Shown in pieces: positions 37,960 to 50,100 of a DNA stretch of 64,000 nt. Position 1 is the stretch's first letter, and each line of letters starts with the position of its first letter. This DNA comes from Malacoraja senta (taxonomy: Eukaryota). The notes beneath the pieces are model-generated. The model was not told the origin of the DNA, did no database searches, and saw nothing but the letters and a program-made list of their open reading frames with translations. Made by a program: the position numbers and the translations under genes. The DNA lies in the NCBI GenBank assembly GCA_038087875.1, contig CM075995.1, positions 8,558,001-8,622,000 on the forward strand. The letters are read 5' to 3'.

Positions 37960-38505
37960 ATAGACAATAGACAATAGGTGCAGGAGTAGGCCATTCGGCC
38001 CTTCCAGCCAGCACCGCCATTCAATGTGATCATGGCTGATCATCCCCAATCAGTACCCCGTTCCTGCCTTCTCCCCATATCCCCTGACTCCGCTATCTTT
38101 AAGAGCCCTATCTAGCTCTCTCTTGAAAGCATCCAGAGAACCTGCCTCCACCGCCCTCTGAGGCAGAGAATTCCACAGACTCACCAGTCTCTGTGAGAAA
38201 AAGTGTTTCCTCGTCTCCGTTCTAAATGGCTTACTCCTTATTCTTAAACTGTGGCCCCTGGTTCTGGACTCCCCCAACATCGGGAACATGTTTCCTGCCT
38301 CTAGCGTGTCCAAACCCTTAATAATCTTATATGTTTCAATGAGATCCCCTCTCATCCTTCTAAACTCCAGAGTGTACAAGCCCAGCCGCTCCATTCTCTC
38401 AGCATATGACAGTCCCGCCATCCCGGGAATTAACCTTGTAAACCTACGCTGCACTCCCTCAATAGCAAGCATGTCCTTCCTCAAATTAGGGGACCAAAAA
38501 CTGCA
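37960..38505 (-). mobile_element. CR1 3' fragment ending about 27 nt upstream of the CCR9 splice acceptor
   Basis: FWSPNLRKDMLAIEGVQRRFTRLIPG... with a (ctattgt)n tail. Confidence 0.9.
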
Positions 38506-38683
38506 GACAATAGATAGACACAGAGCACTGGGGGTCAGCACTCCTGGTAAATCTTCTCCGCACCCTGTCCAGCGTGACAACATCTTTCCGATAACACAGT
38601 GGCCCAGAACTGAACACTATACTCTAAATGTGGCCTCACCAACGTCTTATACAACTGCAACATGACCTCCCAACTTCTATACA

Positions 38684-39123
38684 CCATGTTCTCCACAGAT
38701 GCTGCCTGACCCGCTGAGTTACTCCAGCACTCTGTGAAACGTCACCTATCCATGTTCTCCACAGATGCTGCCTGACCCGCTGAGTTACTCCAGCACTCTG
38801 TGAAACGTCACCTATCCATGTTCTCCACAGATGCTGCCTGACCCGCTGAGTTACTCCAGCACTCTGTGAAACGTCACCTATCCATGTTCTCCACAGATGC
38901 TGCCTGACCCGCTGAGTTACTCCAGCACTCTGTGAAACGTCACCTATCCATGTTCCGGCAGCATCTATGGAGCGAAGGAAATAGGCAACGTTTCGGCCCG
39001 AAACCCTTCCGGGTTTCGGCCCGAAACGTTGCCTATTTCCTTCAGGGTTTCGGCCGAAAGGTTGCCCATTTCCTTCGCTCCACAGATGCTGCCTGACCCG
39101 CTGAGTTACTCCAGCGCTCTGTG
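38684..39123 (-). repeat. 66-bp tandem array with palindromic cassette
   Basis: Same unit; cassette at about 38954-39092. Confidence 0.95.
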
Positions 39124-40372
39124 TCTTTGTTAGAAATTGAGTGTTTTCATCTGAAGCTGATGTCAAGCAGGGATGGATAGACTTTACTGTTTGAAATATC
39201 ATCTTGCTACCAAACCACGAAGTGCTGGAGTTTAGAAGTTGGGATGTTATGCTACATGTTGCTCAAGATGTAGTTAGAAACATAGAAATATAGAAAAAAG
39301 GTGCAGGAGTAGGCCATTCGGCTTTTCGAGCCAGCACCGCCATTCAATGTGATCATAGCTGATCATCCCCAATCAGTACCCCGTTCCTGCCTTCTCCCCA
39401 TATCCCCTGATTTCCTTAGCCCTAAGAGCTAAATCTAGGTTAATTCCCGGGATGGCGGGACTGTCGTATGCTGAGAGAATGGAGCAGCTGGGCTTGTGTA
39501 CTCTGGAATTTAGAAGGATGAGAGGAGATCTTATTGAAACATATAAGATTGTTAAGGGGTTTGGACACGCTAGAGGCAGGAAACATGTTCCCGATGTTGG
39601 GGGAGTCCGGAACCAGGGGCCACAGTTTAAGAATAAGGAGTAAGCCATTTAGAACGGAGATGAGGAAAAACTTTTTCACACAGAGTGTGGTGAGTGTGTG
39701 GAATTCTCTGCCTCAGAAGGCGGTGGAGGCAGGTTCTTTGGATGCTTTCAAGAGAGCGTTAGATAGAGGCAGATAGCGGAGTCAGGGGATATGGGGAGAA
39801 GGGAGGAACGGGGTACGGATTGGGGATGATCAGCCATGATCACATTGAATGGCGGTGCTGGCTCAAAGGGCCGAATGGCCTACTCCAGCACCTATTGTCT
39901 ATTATCTATTGTCTAACTCTCTCTTGAAAACATACAGAGATTTGGCCTCCATTATCTTCTGTGGCAGAGAATTCCACAGATTCACAACTCTCTGGGTGAA
40001 CGTTTTTTTTCCTGATCTCAGTCTTAAATGGCCTACCCCTTATTCTTAAACTGTGTGACCCCTGGTTCTGGACTCCCCCAACACGGGGGACATTTTTTTC
40101 CTGCAGAGACCACACTCGGAATATTGTGTTCAGTTTTGGTCGCCCTGCTGAAGATAGAATGTCATTAAAACGGAAAGTGTATAGCTTTAAAATGTAAAAG
40201 GTGCAGAGAGAATTTACGAGGATGTTGCCAGGACTGGAGGGCCTGAGCTACAGGGAGAGGTTGAGCAGGCTGGGACTCTATTCCCTGGAGCGCAGGAGGA
40301 TGAGGGGTGATCTTATATAGAGGTGTACAAAATCATGAGAGGTATAGATTGGGTGAACTCTTACCCAAGTTA

Positions 40373-40895
40373 AGGGGCTGTCCCACTTGGGCGACCTAAT
40401 CCGCGAGTTCTGGCGAGTTTGCCCTCAACTCATACTCTCAGTATGGTCGACACAAGGTCGTAGGAGATCTTTGTAACTCTCCTTCATGCTCGAGGGTGGT
40501 CTCCGCGTACTCGAGGCCTCAGCTAGGTCGCGGCGGTTTTTTTCCAACATGTTGAAAATTGCCCGCGAGTAAAAAAAGGTCGCCATGGAAAAAAACCGAT
40601 ACTTTTTTTACTCGTAGGTTCAGTCGTAGTAGGTCGGCATGTTAGTCGTAGGTAATCGAGGGTAGTCGAAGGTCGTCGTAGATAGTCTACATCATAGTCG
40701 AAGGGAGGTCGAAGGAGATCGAAGGAGGTCGTCTTCACTCTCCACTATTCGGTGTCCAATTTTCATGTAGCTAGTCGAAGCTGGTCTTCAACACAGTCGA
40801 AGGAGGTGGAAGGAGGTCTTCAACATGACACTTTTTCAAACTCTCCTAAACTCTTCTAAACTCGCCAATTAGGTCGCCCAAGTGGGACAGCCCCT
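40373..40895. mobile_element. PIF/Harbinger-type MITE (523 bp)
   Basis: TIRs AGGGGCTGTCCCACTTGGGCGACCTAAT / ATTAGGTCGCCCAAGTGGGACAGCCCCT; TTA TSD at 40370-40372 and 40896-40898. Interrupts a CR1-like fragment. Confidence 0.88.
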
Positions 40896-41738
40896 TTAGG
40901 GAATTAAAAACCAGAGCACATGGGTTTAAGGTGAGAGGGGAAAGTTATAATAGGAACCTGAGGGACAACTTTTTCACAAAGATGGTGGTCGGTATATGGA
41001 ACGAGATGCCAGAGGAGGTAGGTGAGGTCGGTACTATAACATTCAAAAGACTCTTGGGCAGGTAAATGGACAGGAAAGGGTTAGAAGGATATGGGCCAAA
41101 CGTGGGCAGGTGGGACCAGTGTAGGTGGGACATCTTGGTCGGCATGGACAATTGGGCTGAAGGGCCTGTAGCCAGGAGACCAGAGCCTGAGTTATAAGGA
41201 GAAGTTGCGCAGGCTAGAAGTTTATTCCTTGGAGAGCAGGAGGATGAGGGGTGATCTTGTAGAGGTGTATAAAATCAGGAATGATGGTCGGCATGGGCGT
41301 GTTGGGCCGAAGGGCCTGTTTCCGTGATGTATGGCTCCGTGCTTCTAGGGTCATGGGTCAAATGCGGGCGAATGGGACTAGGGTAGATGGGGCATCTTGG
41401 TCGGCATGGGCAAGTTGGGCCGAAGGGCCTGTTTCCGTGATGTATGACACTGGGGATATGGACCAAAGCCGGACAACGCGGATATGGACCAAAGGGCAGT
41501 CGCGGTGGCGCAGCGGTAGAGTTGCTGCCTTGGAGCGAATGCAGCTTTTGATGCGTGCTAACCAGTCAGGGGAAAGACAATACATGATTACAATCGACCC
41601 ATTTACCGTGTACAGATACATGATAAGGGAATAACGTTTAGTGCAAGGTAAAGCCAGCAAAGTCCGATCAAGGATAGTCCTAGGGTCACTGATGAGGTAG
41701 ATAGTAGTTCAGCGCTGCTCTCTGGTTGTGTGTGGGTA

Positions 41739-42063
41739 GGGCCTGTCCCTCTAACGCGACCTTTACAGGCGACTGCCAGCACCCGTCATAGGTCGCCAAA
41801 ATTTTCAACATGTTGAAAATTCAGCAACGACCAGAAAGACGCTACGACTCTTTGGAGACCTCTCACGACCGACCTCTCACGACAATACAGCCTGTATGGT
41901 CGTGAGAGGTCTCCTACAGTCGTGAGAGGCCTCCAAAGCATCGGAGCGTCTCTTTCTGGTCGCCGGGTGCCAGCAGTCGCCTGTAAAGGTCGCGCAAGTG
42001 GGGCAGGCCCCGTAAGTGGGACAGGCCCGTAAGTGGGACAGGCCCGTAAGTGGGACAGGCCCC
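41739..42063. mobile_element. Harbinger-type MITE with a tandemly multiplied right terminus
   Basis: Long imperfect TIRs related to 60850-61180; three extra copies of CGTAAGTGGGACAGGCC at 42011-42061. Confidence 0.75.
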
Positions 42064-42168
42064 TGAATGGGAATAGCGCCACCTGTGGCGCAGTACTCAA
42101 GATGGATCCTGAATAAAGATGGCTGAACCCAAGTCACGATTGTTAAGCCTCCGATAGTTAGTTGTGAA

Positions 42169-43029
42169 CAGTGACGGAAATCGCTATCAAAATATGGAGG
42201 GGGCCGGGTGACGGGGGTGGGGGGTGGACACAATTTCTTGGCGTCCGCGCACGCGTGCGCATGCGCTCACTCACACACGCGCGCGCGAGGCTTCGAAGGC
42301 TTGTGCCGTGGGCCCTGTGAACGGTAATTACAGCTCAATCCAGCGCTGAATGCAGCTCAACTCTGCCTGTCTCGTCGGGTTAACCTACAGCCCTGCCTGG
42401 ACTGACGGGACACCGGTCCGGAGCCGTGGAGTTAGCGCTGCATCTCCGCGCTGGCTGTAAGCCTGGGCCATATTTCCCGTAAGTCCAGGCAGGGCTGTAG
42501 GTTAACCTGGCGGGACAGGCAGAGTTGAGCTGGGTTTAACGCTGCTTCTCTGTGCTGGCTGTGGGCCTGGGGGCACAGTTCCCGTCTGACTCCCGACCTC
42601 TCTGGCCACCCCCGGGCATGGGGGGGGAGGGTGCACTTGGGTGGGGACGGGGATGCGTCCAGTGGAGGTTCGGCAGCCATTGCAGCGCCCGAGAGCCGGC
42701 CGGGATCTTTTCTCGCTGCGGACGAGGCACAGGTCTGTGTCCAGGGCTGCCGTTGTGACCGTATCACCTGGGCACGTCTCCCTCCTCCAATGATCGCGCT
42801 GAATCATCATGTCCCCCCCCCCCCCATTGCCTGCTGACCGACGTCCCTCTCGTCCAATCGGCGCCCTCGATCATCAGTCCCACCCCACACTGTCTCGCGG
42901 AAAGCGGAGATTTCACCGGGTTTTAAAATCCGGATTACAAAAAATTGAGGGGGGATCGTCCCCCACCTCTCAAATCAGAGGGGACGTGTCCCCCCTGTTC
43001 CCCCCCCCCCCCCGGGATTTCCGCCACTG
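42169..43029. mobile_element. Non-autonomous hAT-like element (partial relative at about 53615-53841)
   Basis: TIRs CAGTGACGGAAAT / ATTTCCGCCACTG. Both flanks contain TTGTGAA, but there is no clean 8-bp TSD. Confidence 0.65.
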
Positions 43030-44674
43030 ATCTTGTGAAGCTGTAATGTGGCAGTTTACATCAAGGAAACACAACTATGAAACTGTTCAGTTGCCTGATA
43101 ACAACTGTCCCTGAGTCTGGAGCTGTGCCTTTTCACACTTCTGTACCGTTTGCCTGATGAGATTTACGAGGATGTTGCCAGGACTAGAGGGCGTGAGCTA
43201 CAGGGAGAGGTTGAGCAGGCTGGGTCTCTATTTCCTGGAGCGCAGGAGGATGAGGGGAGATCTTATGGAGCTGTGCAAAATCATGAGAGGAATAGATCGG
43301 GTGGATGCACAGAGTCTCTTGCCCAGAGTAGGGGAATCAGAGGACCAGAGGACATGGGTTCAAGGTGAAGGGGAAAAGATTTAAGAATCCGAGGGGTAAC
43401 TTTTTCACACAGAGGGTGGTGGGTGTATGGAACAAGCTGCCAGAGGAGGTAGTTGAGGCTGGGACTATCCCATCGTTTAAGAAACAGTTAGACAGGTTTG
43501 GAGGGATATGGACCAAGCGCAGGCAGGTTGGACTAGTGTAGCTGGGACATGTTGGCCGGTGTGGGCAAGATGGGCCGAAGGACTTGTTTCCACACTGTAT
43601 CACTCTATCACTCTATGGGAGAGGGGGAGGTGGGAGTGACCGGGGTGTGACTGGTCCTTGATTATGCTGCTGGCCTTGCCGAGGCAGCGTGAGGTGTAGA
43701 TGGAGTCAATAGACAATAGACAATAGGTGCAGGAGTAGGCCGTTCGGCCCTTCGAGCCAGCACCGCCATTCAATGTGATAATGGCTGATCATCCCCAATC
43801 AGTACCCCGTTCCTGCCTTCTCCCCATATCCCCTGACTCCGCTATCTTTAAGAGCCCTATTTAGCTCTCTCTTGAAAGCATCCAGAGAACCTGCCTCCAC
43901 CGCCCTCTGAGGCAGAGAATTCCACAGACTCACCACTCTCTGTGAGAAAAAGTGTTTCCTCGTCTCCGTTTTAAATGGCTTACTCCTTATTCTTAAACTG
44001 TGTGTGGCCCCTGGTTCTGGACTCCCCCAACATCGGGAACATGTTTCCTGCCTCTAGCGTGTCCAAACCTTATATGTTTCAATGAGATGCCCTCTCATCC
44101 TTCTAAACTCCAGAGTGTACAAGCCCAGCCGCTCCATTCTCTCAGCATATGACAGTCCCGCCATCCCGGGAATTAACCTTGTATTGGAAGGGAGGTTGGT
44201 TTGTGTGATGGACGAGGGCTGGTGTTTAGGGGAGTTGGTGGTGGGGGCCGGGGACTGATTGAATCTGTTCTCTTGTTTACACGAAGCGAGGCCTGAATTG
44301 GTTGAGGATGTGGTCTGGGCCCGTGGGCTGTCATCACTAGCTCTGCACCTGACTGATGCCAATCTTTGGCTGTCTGTGGTTGCAATGTTTAACTGATAAC
44401 CACCCAAGTGAGCAGCCGTGCACTGTCCTCGTTTACATGTTATCTCTGTTTGCTTTCGTAAAGTCACAAGGAACAGGAGCAGAAATAGACCATTCGGCCC
44501 ATCAAGTCTACTCCGCCATTCAATCATGCCTGATCTATCTCTCCCTCCCAACCCCATTCTCCTGCCTTCTCCCCAGAACCTCTGACACCCGTACTAATCA
44601 AGAATCTATCTATCTCTGCCTTGAATATATAGAAACATAGAAACGTAGAAAATAGGTGCAGGAGGAGGCCATTC

Positions 44675-44874
44675 NNNNNNNNNNNNNNNNNNNNNNNNNN
44701 NNNNNNNNNNNNNNNNNNNNNNNNNNNNNNNNNNNNNNNNNNNNNNNNNNNNNNNNNNNNNNNNNNNNNNNNNNNNNNNNNNNNNNNNNNNNNNNNNNNN
44801 NNNNNNNNNNNNNNNNNNNNNNNNNNNNNNNNNNNNNNNNNNNNNNNNNNNNNNNNNNNNNNNNNNNNNNNNNN
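44675..44874. other. Assembly gap (200 N)
   Basis: Run of 200 N; true length unknown. Confidence 1.
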
Positions 44875-45635
44875 AAAAGCTTTGTTTGCATTGCAATCCA
44901 GTCAAATTAAACCGTACAATACATGTGTACAATCATGTCAGATGTCCTCCTCCTACTAAGGAAGGAGTGAGACCACATCTGGAGTATTGTGTACAGTTTT
45001 GGTCTCCTAATTTGAGGACGGACATCCTTGTGATTGAGGCAGTGCAGCGTAGGTTCACCAGAGTGATCCCTGGGATGGCGAGACTGTCATATGAGGAAAG
45101 ATTGAAAAGACTAGGCATGTATTCACTGGAGTTTAGAAGGATGAGGGGGGGGGGGGTGGGGAATCTTATAGAAACATATAAAATTATAAAAGGACTGGAC
45201 AAGCTAGATGCAGGAAAAATGTTCTCAATGTTGGGCGAGTCCAGAACCAGGGGCCACAGTCTTAGAATAAAAGGGAGGCCATTTAAGACTGAGGTGAGAA
45301 AAAACTTTTTCACCCAGAGAGTTGTGAATTTGTGGAATTCCCCTGCCACAGAGGGCAGTGGAGGCCAAGTCACTAGATGGATTTAAGAGAGAGTTAAATA
45401 GAGCTCTAGGGGCTAGTGGAGTCAAGGGATAACGGGAGAAGGCAGGCACGGGTTATTGATAGGGGGCGATCAGCCATGATCACAGTGAATGGCGGAGCTG
45501 GCTGGAAGGGCCAAATGGCCTCCTCCTGCACCTATTGTCTATGTTTCTATGTTTCTATGAGTGGTGTTGGTGTGCTCCTTTGGCGTAGCTTCAATCAAAG
45601 AGAAAAGTACTAGAGGCCACAATATAGTGTTGCAG

Positions 45636-46047
45636 CATCATCTTCTTAGGCCTCCCTCAGCCATGGGTGTCTCCGGGGTTGGAGGACGCCAGTGCGTGAC
45701 TTTGTTTAACGTGGGGAGACTGGTGCACAGACAGCCACCCCACGGTCCTTGACAGATCTGGGTCAGGATCCAGTGGCATGGAGTCCAAGACGACCGGAGA
45801 CCCTTTTCTGCTGCAGCCTTCATCCGCCTTCCCAGCCGTTGTGACGCTCCACTAAGGTCAGCCATCGTCCTCCGCCTGTTCCACCGTTGAGGTCTTGGTT
45901 GGATTGGCTCTTTGTCAGAGTCCTCCCCCTCGACCTTACCGCCATGGGTGGCCCTACCAGGAGCATAGCTCCAGACGGCATCGCTCTCAGGATCTCAGGT
46001 CCACACAAGCTTCTCCATCACGACAAGGTGACAATCCACGGAGCATC
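45636..46047 (-). mobile_element. Non-autonomous RTE-derived short retroposon
   Basis: Minus strand has TGTCACCTTGTCGTGATGGAGAAGCTTG...CCTGGTAGGGCCACCCATGG (RTE/Expander-like 5' UTR) near its start and ends GGCCTAAGAAGATGATG. 12-bp TSD ATAGTGTTRCAG at 45624-45635 and 46048-46059. Confidence 0.65.
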
Positions 46048-48764
46048 ATAGTGTTACAGTTACAGGTAAAGTTCAGATATAAAGAAGAGCAAGGGCTGCA
46101 ATGAGGTAGGCTGGAAGATTGGGACTACACAGCTACTGGCGGGACCATTCAGAAGGCAGATAACAGCGGGGAAGAAGCTGTTCCTCAATCTGCTGTTACG
46201 TGCTTTTAAGCTTCTGTATCTTCCGCCCGATGGGAGAAGAGGAGGGGGGGTGGGGAAGCAGAGGGAATGACCAGGGTGAAATTGGTCCTTGATTATGTTG
46301 GCCGCCTTCCCAAGACAGCGTGGAGCGTAGATGGAGTCAATGGTGGGGAGTCTGGTCTGTGAGATGGACTGGGCTACATCCACAACTCTTTGCAATTTCT
46401 CATGGTTTCCAAACCAAGGTATGATGCATCCCGATACCATGGCACATCTGTAGAAGTTGGACGCTTTCTATGGTCATAGGGTGATACAGTGTGGAAACAG
46501 GCCCTTCGGCCCAACTTGCCCACACCGCCCAACAAGTCTCAGCTACACTAGTCCCACCTGCCTGTGTTTGGCCCGTATATCCCTCTAAATCTGTCCTATC
46601 CACGTACCTGTCTAACTGCTTCTTAAACATTGTGATAGTCCCAGCTTCAACTACCTCCTCTGTCAGCTCGTTCCATACACCCACCACACTTTGTGTGAAA
46701 ACGTTACACCTCGGATTCCTATTAAATCTTTCCCCCCTTCACCTTAAACCTATGTCCTCTGGTCCTCGATTCCCCAACTCTGTGCATCTACCCGATCTAT
46801 TCCTCTCATGATTTTATACAACTCTATAAGATCTCCCCTCATCCTCTTGCGCTCCACGAATTAGAGTCCTAGCTTGCTCACCCTCTCCCTCGAGTCCTGA
46901 TTGGGATCACTGATTTCTTGCGATAGGAAATTTACGGGATATTTTCGGGATGCATCGACCCGATCTCTTCCCCTCATGAGATCCTCTATAAGATCACCTC
47001 TCATCCTCCTGAGCCCCAAGGAATAGAGTCCCAGCCAGCTCGACCTCTCCCGATAGCTCAGAGTCTCGAGTGCGGGCAACATCCTCGTGAATCTTCTCTG
47101 TACCCTTTCCAGCTTGACAACATTTATAGTACATCTGTGGAAGTTGGCAAGAGTCGTTGGAGACATGCCGAGCTTCCTTCCTCCAAGGATGTCGTGGCAT
47201 TGGTGTGCTTTCTTGGCCGAAGCTTCAATATAGAAACATAGACAATAGGTGCAGGAGTAGGCCATTCGGCCCTGCGAGCCAGCACCGCCATTCACTGTGA
47301 TCACGGCTGATCGTCCAAAATCAGTACCCTGATCCTGCCTTCTCCCCATATCCCTTGATTCCTTTAGCCTTAAGAGCTAAATCTAACTCCCTCTTGAAAA
47401 CTCTTTGTCTATGGTTGGTCCAGGACAAATTGTTACTGATACTTATGCTTGGGAACATGAAGCTGTCAACCATGTCCACTTTGGCACCATGCATGCTGAC
47501 TGGGCCACGAACTCCACCTCACTCGCTACAATCAACAACCAGAACCCTCGTCTCACAAACTTTATGGGAGAGTTGGTGGTCTTGACAACATGGGGAGGGG
47601 GGGGGGGGGGCGGCACAGTGGCAATATTGGCGGCGCAGTAGCGCAGCGGTAGAGTCGCTGCCTTGCAGCACCAGAGACCCGGGTTCGATCCTGACTACTT
47701 GTGCTGTCTGTACCTTCTCCCCGTGGCTTGCATGGGTTTTCTCCGAGACCTTTGCTTTCCTCACACACTCTAAAGACATACAGGTTTGAAGGTTAATTGG
47801 CTTGGTGTTAAAAAATGTATCATTGTCCCTAGTGTGTGAAGGACTATTGTGCAGGGATCGCTGGTCAGTGTGGACAAGGTGGGCCGAAGGGCCTGTTTCC
47901 CTGCTGTCTCTTCAAACTACAAAACACAAATGAAAAAGAGAGTAATGTGAAATGCCGGTGTCCAGATGATAAGATCAAGTTCAAGTTGACATTTATTGTC
48001 ACCTGCACCAATTGGTACAGTGAAATTTGGGTTGCCATACAGCCTTACGAATAGAAAAAGAACACAACACACAATAGAATTTGACATAAACATCGACGTT
48101 TCCCACTGTGAGGGAAGGCAACAAAGTTCAGTCATCCTCCTCTTAGTTGTTCATCCGTGGTCGGGGCCTCCCGAGCCCCCCGCAGTCGCCCCGATGTTCA
48201 GGCCCTCTCGTGATCATAAGTGATAGGAGCAGAATTAGGCCATTCGGCCCATTAAGTGTATTCCGCCGTTCAATCATGGCTGATCTATCTCTCTCTCTCT
48301 CTCTCTCTCCTAACCCCATTCTCCTGCCTTCTCCCCATAACCTCTGACACTCGTGCTAATCTCTATTGCTAATCTCAGATAATCTCTGGCAGTATCATCA
48401 AGGACCCACACCATCCTGGCCACACACTCATCTCCCCGCTACCTTCAGGTAGAAGGTACAGGAGCCTGAAGACTGCAACGTCCAGGTTCAGGAATAGCTA
48501 CTTCCCCACAGCCATCAGGCTATTAAACTTGGATCGGACAAAACTCTGAACATTAATAGCCCATTATCTGTAATTTGCACTTTATCAGTTTATTTATTCA
48601 TGTGTGTATATATTTATATAATGGTATATGGACACATTGATCTGTTTTGTAGTCAATGCCTACTATGTTCTGTTGTGCTGAAGCAAAGCAAGAATTTCAT
48701 TGTCCTATCAGGGACACATGACAATAAACTCTCTTGAATCTTGAATCTATTTTGTCCACCCCAG

Positions 48765-48959
48765 GCTGACTGAAGACACATTCACTGTGGATGAAGTGAC
48801 AGATATTCTGGATGGGCTGAAGGTGGTGGTGCACAGTGAGGTGGAGTCGGAGCTCATCAACACCACCTACACTAATGTGCTGTTCCTGCGCCAGTTGTTC
48901 TGCCAGGCGGAGAAATGGTACTTGAAGTTGCAGACCGACATTTCCGATCTGGAAAACAG
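48765..48959 (+). CDS. LZTFL1: LZTFL1 (BBS17) internal coding exon
   Basis: ccccag|48765 and 48959|gtagag. LTEDTFTVDEVTDILDGLKVVVHSEVESELINTTYTNVLFLRQLFCQAEKWYLKLQTDISDLENR matches vertebrate LZTFL1. Confidence 0.95.
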
Positions 48960-49681
48960 GTAGAGAGCCTTTCAAGTTTTAGAAAATGTCATTTAGTTTA
49001 GAGATACAGCACAGAAACAGGCTCTTCAGCCCAACCGAGTCCATGCTGACCAGCGATCCCCGCACACTAACATGGTAGATTGGCTATTGCATGTTGGCCA
49101 ATCAGAATGCTTAGCAATTATAACTCCGCCTAATTACTTAGAAACATAGAAAATAGGTGCAGGAGGAGGTCATTTAGCCCTTCGAGCCAGCACCGCCATT
49201 CATTGTGATCATGGCTGATCGTCCCCTACCAATAACCCATGCCTGCCTTCTCCCCATATCCCTTGACTCCACTAGCCCCTAGAGCTCTATCTAACTCTCT
49301 CTTAAATCCATCCAGTGACTTGGCCTCCACTGCCCTCCTTGGCAGGGAATTCCATAAATTCACAACTCTCTGGGTGAAAAAGTCTTTTCTCACCTCAGTC
49401 TTAAATGACCTCCCCTTTATTCTAAGACTGTGGCCCCTGGTTCTGGACTCGCCCAACATTGGGAACATTTTTCTTGCATCTAGCTTGTCCAGTCCTTTTA
49501 TAATTTTATATGTTTCTATAAGATCCCCCCCTCATCCTTCTAAACTAAAGTGAATACAAGCCTAGTCATTTCAATCTTTCCTCATATGACAGTCCCGCCA
49601 TCCCAGGGATCAATCTCATGAACCTACGCTGCACTGCCTCAATCCCCTAAATCATATAATCATAAATTATATGATTTATAG

Positions 49682-50100
49682 TGTAAGAACTCGCCCACTG
49701 TCTTCAGTAGCTGCAGTAGACTGAATGTGTGATGTACTGCATATGTGATGATGAACTAGACAATAAAGATGCTTGTGCTTCAACCTGGGTGAGAATAAGG
49801 TATTTACATGGTGTCAGAAAATCGTTCTAGCCCACGTCTGTTTACCACGATTTATTTTGTTTATCAGTTTTTATTTGTGAGTGATATTTACGACATGGCT
49901 AACTCCTGTCGAAAGCCAAGCACGCTTGTATTTGATTCTGATATAGCCAAGCGCTGGGGAGTGTTTGAGCGAGACTATGCTCACTATATCTGCATCGTTC
50001 ACCGAAACGAACCCGATGACCTAAAGGCATCGCCACTGTGAAATCTAGCGGGTCCGCAAGCTATGATCCGCGCGGACACCTTTGAATTCGCACCAGCACA
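49682..50100 (+). mobile_element. Gypsy-like LTR retrotransposon remnant (LTR end, PBS, gag start)
   Basis: AATAAA, then ...CA|TGGTGTCAGAA (49809-49819, tRNA-Leu-type PBS). ATG 49895 gives MANSCRKPSTLVFDSDIAKRWGVFERDY...KASPL*NLAGPQA...TFEF, resembling a Gypsy gag N-terminus. LTR start uncertain. Confidence 0.6.

Noticed and set aside
36881..38020. Overlapping alternative-frame and antisense ORFs over CCR9 (also over MYO10 exons at 1789-2232 and 11400-12061)
   Set aside because: Expected by-product of very GC-rich third codon positions; no recognisable domains.
44606..44932. ORFs spanning the N run
   Set aside because: Artefacts of the assembly gap.
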